Below are positions 1-10,306 of a stretch of DNA of 64,000 bases, one piece after another; the first letter of the stretch is position 1; each line of letters starts with the position of its first letter. Both the position numbers and the translations under genes were made by a program. The DNA is from Podarcis liolepis (taxonomy: Eukaryota). Location: NCBI GenBank assembly GCA_965112155.1, contig OZ218099.1. The stretch is one strand, 5' to 3'. The notes under the pieces are model-generated. The model searched no databases and was not told the DNA's origin. It saw only the letters and a list, made by a program, of their open reading frames with translations.

Positions 1-200
1 TTTTTTCTCTGCGAAGCATGCGCATCTGCAATTACTGCTGCTGCAGCTCCGGCGGCTGGTTGAGGCAGTGGAGGCCTTAAGACCGCGTCCCACAGACCCT
101 TGGCTACCAGCCAGGCCTTCAGCTTTCTGCTCCATTCTCCCCAATTTTGGCCGTTTAACTTTTCGAAAGGTACGGAGAATGAATCATGGCCGTCCGCCAT
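1..200 (-). CDS. Copia gag(-pol) N-terminus, open to the window edge (DUF4219-like motif)
   Basis: Manual translation MADGHDSFSVPFEKLNGQNWGEWSRKLKAWLVAKGLWDAVLRPPLPQPAAGAAAAVIADAHASQRK. KLNGxNxxxWxxxxxxxLxxxxLWxxV is the typical copia gag start. Good Kozak context (AAGATGG). Absent from the ORF track because no stop lies in the window. Confidence 0.88.
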   Translation of the reverse strand, partial: MADGHDSFSVPFEKLNGQNWGEWSRKLKAWLVAKGLWDAVLRPPLPQPAAGAAAAVIADAHASQRK

Positions 201-440
201 CTTCTTCCGTTCTCCCAAGGGGGCCCCAAGCTGTACTTACAATAACGTCAGCTCCACTGGCTTCTCTCCCTGGAGAAACGATACCCTGCTGTTCTCAGCT
301 CCTGGCTCCACAGCAAACCTCTGCGTTTTTCAGCTAGCTGCTTTCAAACTCCGCAGCTGCTCCTTTGCCTCCTGCTCGACACCGCAGACTTCAAACGCAT
401 TCCAGCAGTATCTTCCGTGACAGTTTTACAAGCGATGATT

Positions 441-454
441 TAGGATCCATAACC
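441..454 (-). promoter_or_regulatory. Primer-binding site, half-tRNAiMet (Hemivirus/copia) type
   Basis: GGTTATGGATCCTA directly after the LTR terminal CA. The first 8 nt match the copia PBS GGTTATGGGCCCAG, which is complementary to the anticodon arm of initiator tRNA-Met. Confidence 0.8.
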
Positions 455-846
455 TGTGACTTTTGGTTATTAGCCGTGACCCCCGCTAATTGATTTACGA
501 ACCTCGATTAGCGATTTATGGCTGACCGGTCCGGCGCGCTTCCCTCAGCTGCGCCACTCAGTCACGGCTCAGCAGAGTTTCACACAGCGGTGTAGAACTG
601 TCACCAGCTTGATTCAGCTTCCAGACAAACACACAGAGTCCAGCTTGTCTATTTACAGCATTTATTCCAACATTTCTCAGGAATTTCCAGGACTATTTGC
701 AGCCATGCCAGACTTGCGTCTTTTCCCCACGGAACACAGAGTGGGACTGGCTAACTCCTCCCAAACTCCTCCCAGCTTCGAAAGCTGACGTCAGAATGGT
801 GTGGCATCATGGGAAGAACTTAACTCGTTAAGTTCCAACTCCCACA
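455..846 (-). repeat. Copia 5' LTR, about 392 bp
   Basis: TGTG/CACA termini; AATAAA (666-661) followed by a GT-rich element; CRE-like TGACGTCA at 786-793; palindrome 816-835; CpG enrichment ends near 846. The outer boundary is inferred because the second LTR is not in the window. Confidence 0.7.
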
Positions 847-937
847 CTTCCTTGAGGCAAGAAGCACTCGTGGTGTTACCACCAGCCAATATTTTTCTCC
901 CCCCCCCCCAAATTGAGGCTTTGTTCACCATCTAGCC

Positions 938-1189
938 TAGGGGTCAGCAAACTTTTTCATCAGGGAGCCAGTCCACTGTCCCTCAGACCTTGTGGGGGGG
1001 CCGGACTATATTTTGAAAAATAATAATGAATGAATTCGTATGCCCCATAAATAACCCAGAAATGCATTTTAAATAAAAGGACACATTCTACTCATGTAAA
1101 AACACGCTGATTCCTGGACCGTCCATGGGCCGGATTTAGAAGGCGATTGGGCCGGATCCGGCCCCCAGGCCTTCGTTTGCCTACCCATC
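938..1189. mobile_element. Non-autonomous hAT (Charlie-like) element
   Basis: Imperfect TIRs (TAGGGGTCAGCAAACT ... GTTTGCCTACCCAT), GGGCCGG subterminal motifs, degenerate TCTAG-centred 8-bp TSD. Confidence 0.7.
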
Positions 1190-3178
1190 GTGTAGACTAA
1201 TGAAGAGTTCTGCAGAACTCCAAAGCTTGTGGTATTTTGGTTGGCTCTAATAACGGTACTACCAGAATACGGATTTTGAATTGGCCCTTCTGAAGAAAAG
1301 GAGGGAAGAGAGATGAAGGAAAATAAGCCACCCTCAGACTGTGTGGAAGGAGGAGTAAGTACATACCTGTGTATGTGTCTGTAATTCTGAGGACATGTAT
1401 GTACACAAAACCCACAATAGTAGGAGTATATCATTGAAAGTACCACCATATTTGTGGAAAAGACACATTATTATATATGTATATCATACCTCCCAGTGTG
1501 GGCAACCAGCTACTGTGTGTGGTGGTGGTTTCTTCTGCTCGTTCTTTTTTTCTTGGTGGATTTTTATGCTGCTTATAACTCAAGGTAACCAGTTGCAAAG
1601 GCAAATTCAAATGTTTGCTGCAACAGTTTTGCTACATACAGATGGCACAGAAGGATTTTCTCATGCAAGAGAACACACAGAGTCTGGGCTGTGGTTAGCA
1701 AAGAATATAAATAAATGCAGTGGCTGCAAATAAACAGTAACATTTGTTGCTGGCCGGGCATGCATATATTCCTCAACACTATGGAGTATTGTTAGAAAAT
1801 TCTCAAAGCAAGATCAAGACAAATGAATGTCTCCCTCCCACCCCCAGTCAAATAGGGATCCAAAATTGAGGGAGGAGCAAGTACTTGCCTAACCCTTTCC
1901 AGTTGTGTATTTGTGCTTTGAATAAGCCAGGAAGCACCAGGCTGCCTTTTCCTCCCATTCAGTAAGGTTGATTCTTTGCTCCTTATGTTGAGTGACTGGA
2001 AGTTGCTATGTTGGGTTCACAGCAGCTTCCAAACATGTCACTTCAGCAGAATAAGCACTCGAGCAGTTTACACACCTGACAGTGTAAACAGTTAGTCATG
2101 GAGGTCCTTGACTCTTTGATGACTAAGTACCATGATCCACCAGGCTTTTGATCTTGCAGATCCCCTTTACAAAAATTCTTTCATTTACATAATGCTGAAG
2201 CCGGTTTCTAAAGAAGAATTCTTTTTGATCTGCAGATACAACACTTCCACATTACTTGCAAGGACATTTATTGACTTGACTTCATAGCAAGGTTTTATCT
2301 AATCAGAGGACAAAGTACTTCTAGACTAAGAGCTGCTTCAAATGTCAGATATTTTCTGCATAGAGCAAGAGTGATAAATTTGTGGCCCTACATATGTTCT
2401 TGGGTCTCTGGCTCCCATCAGTACAAGCCAGCATGGCCAATGGTCAGGGATGATGCAAACTGCAGTCCAGTATTTTTTGGGGGAGCACAGTTTTCCCACA
2501 CAGGTGTAGAAATCAGAATTGTTTGTAGGCTGTCATGTTTGGACTGTGATGCCTTTGTGAGTATAAATGTGTCAGGAAGTTGGGAATGACTGTGTATGTG
2601 CAGAGGAACAGGTGTACAAACAATCCATCACATGGATTTAAGCAAATCTTCTACAGTACACTCTTTCCTGTGCACAATTGCTTTTTATAAAAAACTGATT
2701 TGATGTGAAAACAAGCTGGCTTATTTGGTATAAACACTTGTAGGTTACAGGCTGTTAACTTAGCTTGGAAGGGAAATGTGGAAAATTTACAAGCTCACAA
2801 AAATGTTTGCCTGCTTGTTTGCTGATCTTTTGAAGGAGGTTTTATTTGCCCTCACTGGGGTGTTGTGAATGTGGTGCCTGTGGTGCAATGACGTCCTTGA
2901 GGTCTTTCCTCACTGCCCACAAAGCCCCAGAGGTTTTCCATCCTACTTCCCTTTCCTTAATGAGCTGCTGAGGATGGTCCCCTTGTTTTTCTCCCTTGAA
3001 AAGTACATAGAACCAAAGAAGGAAATTGGAAGAGGGTCTAATGCTTTCCCTCGCTTCATCTTTAAGCTCCATGTGCTTTCCAAGACTCAAGATTCATTCT
3101 TCTTTTACCCAGATCCTCTGGAAAAGCAAAGTTTGTGCATGCACACCTTCTCTCTACGGGTGAGTTGTATATGTGAGG

Positions 3179-3605
3179 CAGTGGCGTAGCGTGGGGGGTG
3201 CAGGGGGGGCCGGCCACACCGGGCGCAACATCTGGGGGGGACGTGCTCGCACTCACAGCTCTCTGCCCCTACCTGGCTCACTCACTCTCTCTCACTGCAG
3301 TGCTGGCTGTGCGAATCCAATCCGCACCGCTGGGTCGCCGCCCACTGTGGAGGGGGTGGGTGCCAGGCATGCGGTGCGGATAGAGAGCGAGGGACTATCT
3401 GGGGGAGGGACAGTGCAGCGGCTGCCCAGTGCAGCGCTGAGCGCGGGAGAAAACCACACCAGACCAGACCAGGCAGCAGCAAGAAGAAGCTGGCAGCGGC
3501 GGCAGGTTAGGGATTAGGGGGCGCAAATTACTTGCCTTGCCCCGGGTTAGGGGGCGCAAATTTCTTGCCTTGCCCCGGGTGCTGACAACCCATGCTACGC
3601 TGCTG
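3179..3605. mobile_element. hAT MITE, GC-rich
   Basis: TIRs CAGTGGCGTAGC / GCTACGCTGCTG; perfect 8-bp TSD ATGTGAGG (3171-3178, 3606-3613); internal duplicated motif of about 33 bp near the right end. Confidence 0.88.
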
Positions 3606-3721
3606 ATGTGAGGTGGGTGGCGCTGATTCAGGAGAGGGCGGGGGAAAGTTACCATGGAGGGTGGCATCCACAGTACTCACTTAAACATTGATTTTCAGTG
3701 ATTCAACAAGAAACATAAGTG

Positions 3722-4253
3722 CTCCTTGAGCAGCGCTGTTGGGCTGCTGGATCTGCTGGGCTGCTCTGGTTCCCTTGTGCTTTGCCTGCATCATGCTGTC
3801 ACTGTACACCCTACTGCTGGACAAGGCACGATCACTGCCACCCTTGCTGCTGTTCAATAAGGGCTCAGTCTCTGAGGCCTTCATGGGCAGGATTAGTGTC
3901 ATGTTAGAGAATGCCATCAACAGGAGGCCCATCGCCAAGTCCTGTGGACATCTGTTGGCTTCTATATAGGCTATTACTTCTGTAAATGAGCCAATTACAA
4001 TTACGCTATATAGGATAGAGATCTTTCAGAGTACATAAGGCTCTGAGGCTCCTGAGGAATTTAAGGGAAAAGATAAGTTAAACCACAGCAGAAGATCTTT
4101 CAAGCAGTTGGTTGTCTCATTCATTGCTTTGTATCTCACGAGTAATCTGTTGAGCGTGGGATTTGTGCATAATGCATGTCGGTAGTTGGGATGAAATACT
4201 TGATTCAAACACTTGGACTGTGTAATCTTATCAAAAAAGCTATGACTAAGTAA
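3722..4253. other. Unclassified 532-bp segment flanked by a perfect 17-bp direct repeat
   Basis: AACAAGAAACATAAGTG at 3705-3721 and 4254-4270. Confidence 0.5.
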
Positions 4254-4304
4254 AACAAGAAACATAAGTGTTTTTTAGAGTACAGAAAGTCACTTGGTGT
4301 GTGT

Positions 4305-4610
4305 TTAGTTTATTGGGAGCTTACCATAAAAGATTTAATGCACCGTACTATAAATACGTACTATAAATAACAGCAAACCTATAAAAATAATATCACGATC
4401 TGTGTAGAACAGACTTTTTTTAAAAAATTGAACGCCTGGGAAAATAAACACACTTTTGACTGGCACTAGGAAAGTATCTGAGACTGCGTGCCAGGCTCGC
4501 CTCTCTGGGGAGAGTATATCACAGCTGGGTTGCCCTCATTGAAAAGGCAATCTCGCCATTAATCACCCACCTCGCCTCTGATGACAGTGCAATCCAGAGA
4601 GGGGACCTCT
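4305..4610 (-). mobile_element. Old L2-like LINE 3' fragment
   Basis: Degenerate resemblance to the reverse complement of the L2 3' ends seen elsewhere in the window. Confidence 0.35.
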
Positions 4611-6298
4611 GATTAACTCCATGGAATTTGCAGAAATAGTTTTGCTTCTGAAATTTTTTTCTACAGAGATTACACTGTCACTGCTGCTGCTTTTTTTCTT
4701 TGTGCTGTGCTATATGTAGACTGTTTGCATTTGATCTGTCACGTACCCTGGCCTGGGTCACCTATTAGTATTCAGAAAGAGCTGTGTGTTAGAAGTTTCT
4801 TAGGCATAGTCATCAGAAAAGTTAGTTGTAACATTGAAATTGGCTGGTTTGACTGGCATTGTATCCATTTATCGTTACCAATTTATTTTGCTGAATACAG
4901 TAATGCCAGTGCATTTCCAGAAACTGACACATTTCGGTGGAACGATACTGCAGCAGAAAATTTTCTACCCCCATTACTTGATTGCAGCACTGCTCAAGCA
5001 AGCCCTCATCCCATGACCGTATTTAAGATCAGGCTCATAATCCTACAACATGGATACTCAGCCAGTATTCTCAAGGGCCATTCTGTTCTGTAGCAGCATT
5101 TTCTCAAAGCATTTCCCCTGAGCTCTATTTTGTCCAAAACCTGAATCCCTTGTCAGTAGTCATCCTCTCTTGTAAAGTTGGCATCATCTAGTACCTTAAT
5201 TGAAAAGCGAGTTCTAGCATTCTTCGGGTTTCTAAAGTGCAGTCTGCTTACGTTGCCCAGACTCATTTCAAACTGTGGAGTTAGCAATTTGCTGACAGAG
5301 CCTATACTGAAGAAATCGGAAATGAAAGGGATAATTTTAGAGGATTTCTTTAAAACTATGCCTGTATTTTAAATACTTTTGAACTGTTTCTGATGGACCG
5401 TGTTACAGGAGGGGAGCTTTAACTGACATGTTGGTTTTTCTATAGTTAGTTACAGAAAATTCAGCTTAAATTTTCAAACGAAACGAGGACAGTATGCTCC
5501 TGGAACATTTTGGGGAAAAACCAAACCAATCTGATGTCTTCCAGTTAGTGTGTGCGCATTTCCCTCCTGCAGAGAGTGAGATTTAACTTCTTTATATGTG
5601 TTACTGATTCTGATTCACCATCAACTGTTGCTCTGGTTTCTCAAACAGATAAAAGACCATCCAGCCATATCTGCTTCCCCCTTCAGCCTGATTTACCACC
5701 TTCTCATAAACCGTTAGGCCTTCACAGCCTTTATTCTTGGTTGTGTAGTTGATTGCCCTGTTACTGAAGGAGCAGTTTACTTCCTTTTAGAACCAAGGAT
5801 TGATCTGAATGTAGGCAGCTTTCCCTTCATTAGTATTTTCTCTGTAGCAGATTTTGTTTTGTTTTGTTTTGGAGGGGCCCACACATTTGATTTGCCTTTA
5901 GTGTGAATTTAATTAAGTGATAGCATTGGTTTACTTATGTTGAATCTCAAAGCTGCTTTTATTGCCACAGTTCTAAGGGATGTTGCTGCTTTGGACTCTT
6001 AGCAGGATATGTAATAGCTTAGTACAAATCCAGAAACAAAAGGGGAAATGTACAGTGCCTTGTGTCACCACAGAATGGTCAGGCTAGTGACTTAGCAGTG
6101 ACTTTCAAAACTAAAATTGGTTACTTGAGGAGAGGAAAGATATGCAACAAGCCACTGGGCTAAGCATGCTAGGGAAAATACCTTTTTTTCTTCTTCTTTT
6201 AAATGTGTTTTCTGTGAAACTTTCTGTTGACACCCTCAAAGCAACCATCACAATCAAAATTGCACAAAGCAATTAAGAGAAAAAATGGTTCTGACATG

Positions 6299-6301
<3 letters not shown>

Positions 6302-6343
<42 letters not shown>
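6302..6343. repeat. (GA)n microsatellite
   Basis: Seen directly. Confidence 0.97.
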
Positions 6344-6345
<2 letters not shown>

Positions 6346-6679
6346 CATGTCATGACAAGTTGTAATAATCTGACAAAAAGGCTGATGTTTAGCTTTAGTA
6401 CAACCCTCCTCTCCTGTTGATGGTTCATCTTCAGGCCAGCATTGCTTATGGCAGTTTGGAAACTGCTATGGGAAGCTGATGTTTACCCATGTGATTGAAT
6501 ACCATAGACATAGGAGTTGGTGGGCTCTAACAAACAGAGGCCTCCTGGTTTTTCCACTGCTGGTGTTCCCTGCTGTTCTTGCAATAGCAGCAGTATGCCA
6601 CTTTAGGAAGCTGCCTTGTACCAATTGTAGGAGAGAGAAAGAACAGTGACCTTTCTGTGGGTGTCTTCTATAGACATGC

Positions 6680-7030
6680 CTCACAGTGCATTATATGTGG
6701 GGCTGTCTTTGAAGATGGCCCCAAAACTCCTTGAACTTTGGCTTTGGGGTAACACCTTGCCATGGTTGAAAGAGCTCCACTGGCTGGTAGGCAATTGTGA
6801 GCACTACACTGTCTTGGACCCAGGTATCTAAAGAAGTGCCTGCTCCCTTATTGCTGCACTGCACACAGCAGTCATCCATTGATGCTCTCTTCCAGATGCC
6901 TGAACATCAGAGGAGAGAGAGGTGTCTAATGGCAAGAGGGCTTTTTCAACTGTGGTGCCCTTTTCTGGACCTCCTTCTACAGGGAGGCCTACCTCATTCC
7001 TACCTTGTTACCCTTTAGGTGCCAGGGGAA
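6680..7030 (+). mobile_element. Degraded L2 LINE ORF2 C-terminal fragment
   Basis: Translation ALYVGLSLKMAPKL...PWLKELHWL resembles the L2 motifs LYxGLP..KLQ and TPxLxxLHWLP. Confidence 0.65.
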
Positions 7031-7083
7031 GATTAGAGAATTAATTCACTTGTGATAATTTTTGCCTTCTGTTTAATGTAGTT

Positions 7084-7089
7084 CACACA

Positions 7090-7135
<46 letters not shown>
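7084..7135. repeat. (CA)n(GA)n compound microsatellite
   Basis: Seen directly. Confidence 0.95.
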
Positions 7136-7139
<4 letters not shown>

Positions 7140-8753
7140 TCTTAAATTGTTGCAAGTTTCCTTGGAATGAATGAAGAAGGGTGGTATAGGAAGGTGTTAA
7201 ATAAATACATTTTCCATTCTTAAATTTGTTTTGACTTGCCATAGCATGACAGAGGGGAGAGGTGTGGCAGTCTGACTTAGATTATATAGTTATTGCCTGA
7301 GGTGACACAAAGCTTCACTTCTCAACTGCGAATGGAGCCTGAGAGCCACTTTACATGCAGTCATGTTGGCTTTTGTGTAATAGCAATTTCACAATTCCAA
7401 TATCCGCAAAACTTGTTTTGAAGGCCAACACTGTCTCCTAGAATCTTGAATGTACAGGGCTAAAGTGACAAGCAAGCCGTCACCTAACCCCAGACAACAG
7501 TCATTTCTGTGTTTCCTGCCTTTTATACCTGAAGATGAGAATGCCAGTTGTTTAAGGTAATATGGCTCAAGGAACATATTTTTAGTCTCAGAACAAGTAC
7601 CGGTAGTGATTTTGAATGATTGGGTCAATCATGTCATTTTGGGGTTTCCACAGGCTTGCTAGGTATGTGAGCTGTTTGTCCCTTCTGTTGTCCACCTGGT
7701 AAAATGAAGATAATGGTTGCTGTGCTTTGAGGTGCAAGTTGATTAAAAAGAAAACATTAAATATCAATTAGGTGGGCCAGAAGCATTTGGGTGGAGAATT
7801 TGAGGGGCTTGACTCTCTTTACCAAAGTTCAAGCTTTCTCCAAGAGATCTAGATCAGCAGTTTCCCAACAATTCCCTCCACAGACTAATTAAAAATGGCT
7901 GATAGTCTTGAGAGACCACTTAATGGTTTTTCTGACTGTTGTAGCAATTGCTGTGCACTGTGCTAGATAGTGTCTGATTTCTAGTTGTATTTTGTTGCTT
8001 CTTTTATTTCTTATATTGGTGGAATTCAGTGTAGTGCTAAGCGGAGTGTGCGTGCGAGGTCTGCTCATGCAACTAGACCTATCACTCTGTCATACCCCAG
8101 TGCACTCCTTAAATGTGTTCTTGATTTCTCCCCCAATCCTCCAGAGTTGATTTAGGGGGCATGGAAGAGGAGAGGGCAGAAGAATCCTGTTGCGCAAGCA
8201 GACCTCGTTCCTTGCATGGAACAACTTGGTTAAATCCCGCCCACTGCCTTTTATTATATACTATGATAAAAATAGTTTGTGTCCCATTGAATACAAATTA
8301 TAACACAACAAAATACATACAGTACCAGAAAAAGCAATACAAATACAATTTAAATGATTATGAATATTTAATGTGAACATGCCACAGACCACCTGAACCC
8401 CCAATCTAGGACATCACCCGATATCCATTGTATTAAGTATTCATGATGAGTTGTGTTGATGGTGCCATTGGGGAGGTCAAACACAATCCTGCTTTCAGTA
8501 CTGTTTGCAGCTGCAAATCTTTTGGGGCTGTCACACTGCTTCATTTCCAACCAGTGCACGTCTCGTAACTTTCCGTGGAAATCCCATAACTTTTAATACC
8601 ATAAATATTCTGGTTTATTTTTCTTCTGCTCTTACTGTGTTATAGCCCCCTCCACTGATGCAGTGGCACTGGAGAAGCATCACAGAACAAACTAAAGCAG
8701 AATCAGCCCACTACTGATGTGCTATTATTGTGTCACGAACATGTTGCCAAATA

Positions 8754-9096
8754 TAGGTAAAGGGACCCCTGACCATTAGGTCCAGTCGTGGCCGACTCTG
8801 GGGTTGCGGCGCTCGTCTCGCTTTATTGGCTGAGGAAGCCGGCGTACAGCTTGCGGGTCATGTGGCCAGCATGACTAAGCCGCTTCTGGCGAACCAGAGC
8901 AGCGCACGGAAGCGCCGTTTACCTTCCCGCCAGAGTGGTATCTATTGATCTACTTGCACTTTGATGTGCTTTCAAACTGCTAGGTTGGCAGGAGCAGGGA
9001 CCAAGCATCGGGAGCTCACCCCATCGCAGGGATTTGAACCGCCAATCAGCAAGTCCTTGGCTCTGTGGTTTAACCCACAGCGCCACCCGCGTCCCT
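8754..9096 (-). mobile_element. Sauria SINE (Squam1 type), full length
   Basis: Minus strand starts GGGACGCGGGTGGCGCTGTGGGTTAAACC with A/B boxes and ends in an ACCTTT tail; 13-bp TSD ATGTTGCCAAATA (8741-8753, 9097-9109). Confidence 0.93.
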
Positions 9097-9499
9097 ATGT
9101 TGCCAAATACACCCACAATAAAACACCAGTTCTCCTCTTCCTTCAACCCTTAGAGCAGGAAAATTGAGGAAGAAGGCAGCGCTGCAGAGATAGTTAAAAT
9201 GTTTATGGGTTTCCTGCTTTTCTCCCCTATCTTAATCCTTTCATATTTTAGCCTCTTTCCTGCCATTCAGATAAAAATGTGAGAATTTATAGAGTGAAAG
9301 ACAATCAGCCAGATGGCTCTTCCTGTACATCAGACAGATCAGTGTCAGGGAAAATAGTTTAATAATAGTCATATACTGTACTTACGCGGCGTTTTGAATT
9401 TCACAGCACCCCCATAGATGTTTCTGATCTGCTTTGAATAAATGCATTAATAATGACGTTGGAGATACAAAGTTAATAGCAGATGAAAAACATATGGCA

Positions 9500-9592
9500 G
9501 TGCAATCCTTTCGATGTCTACTCAGGAGTAAACCCCATTGAGTTCAGTGGGGCTTACTCCCTTCCTGCCACGTATGTCTAGAATTGCAACCT
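9500..9592. repeat. Short semi-palindromic reptile interspersed repeat (related copies near 34555-34635 and 47612-47700)
   Basis: GCAATCC...GAGTAAACCCCATTGAGTTCAGTGGGGCTTACTC...GAATTGCA hairpin-like unit recurring in the window; family not assigned. Confidence 0.5.
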
Positions 9593-9791
9593 TAAACCAT
9601 TTCACACCATCTGGTACAACAGCGAAGGGCTTTGAGGGTAATTGCCAAATATAATAGCTTGTATAATACTGTTGCTGCTGGAGGCAAAAAAAAGAGGGTC
9701 CAAATGTCATGCAAACACTTTTTAGGTCTTTCCTTTTCTTTTCCAAATGTGGCAACACATGTTTGATTTCTGCTTCCTTGGTTTCTTTTAG

Positions 9792-9863
9792 GGGACATTA
9801 CGCAGAAGGGGTATGAGAAGAAAAGGGCAAAGCTGTTGGCTCCGTATTTTCCACAGACCCAAG
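9792..9863 (+). CDS. DIP2B: DIP2B coding exon 2 (72 bp, phase 1-1), DMAP1-binding domain
   Basis: ttttag|GG GAC ATT...CAA G|gtaagc; (G)DITQKGYEKKRAKLLAPYFPQTQ matches the DIP2 N-terminal domain. Confidence 0.96.
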
Positions 9864-10306
9864 GTAAGCCTTGTGTTAAGAGTTCAGAATAAGACGTGCT
9901 CTTGTCTCAGAGAGTTAATGCTTATGGTAGGGACACCCATTCTCAACAAAGCTAAAATTTGAACCAGTGCAGCCATTATGGCTTCAAGACAGCTTTTTCT
10001 TTCTCTCTCCCCCACCTTCGCTTTGCTTGGCACCTGAGTAAGAATGAGTGCTTGTTCATGATTTTGTGACATTTTGATTGGTTATAATAAAGGGACTTGG
10101 GGAATTTTTCAAAACACGTCTTGAGTGCATTCTAAGGGTAACCTACCTCTTCCTCTGCTTAGCGTAGATTTTTGGGGGATAACTTGTTTATTTGGCACAT
10201 GTGGCAGATTGGCAAGTAGCATCCCTGGAGATAATCTCATTGCCCGGCTGTTAGATAAATGGTGGTGCCCATCCCTGCTCCACTACACCACTGGGGATGG
10301 GGTGGG

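Larger units (their letters stand above)
1..846 (-). mobile_element. Ty1/copia LTR retrotransposon, 5' end (5' LTR, PBS, leader, start of gag); continues off the left edge
   Basis: Minus strand: LTR TGTG...CACA (846-455) followed directly by GGTTATGG, the copia-type PBS core, then an ATG at 200 opening a frame with the copia gag N-terminal motif. CpG-rich relative to the flanks, suggesting a young insertion. Confidence 0.9.

Noticed and set aside
68-420. Plus-strand ORFs of 89 and 106 aa
   Set aside because: Antisense shadows of the copia leader and gag.
539-556. TGGCGCAGC on the minus strand as a conventional tRNA-Ser PBS
   Set aside because: Only 9 nt match and it is not preceded by an LTR-terminal CA; the GGTTATGG site at 454 fits much better.
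661-672. TGTTGGAATAAA (minus strand) as the LTR 5' end
   Set aside because: It resembles a copia LTR start, but it would put the polyA signal at the very edge and leave no U3. The TGTG/CACA pairing at 846/455 is preferred; the second LTR is needed to be sure.
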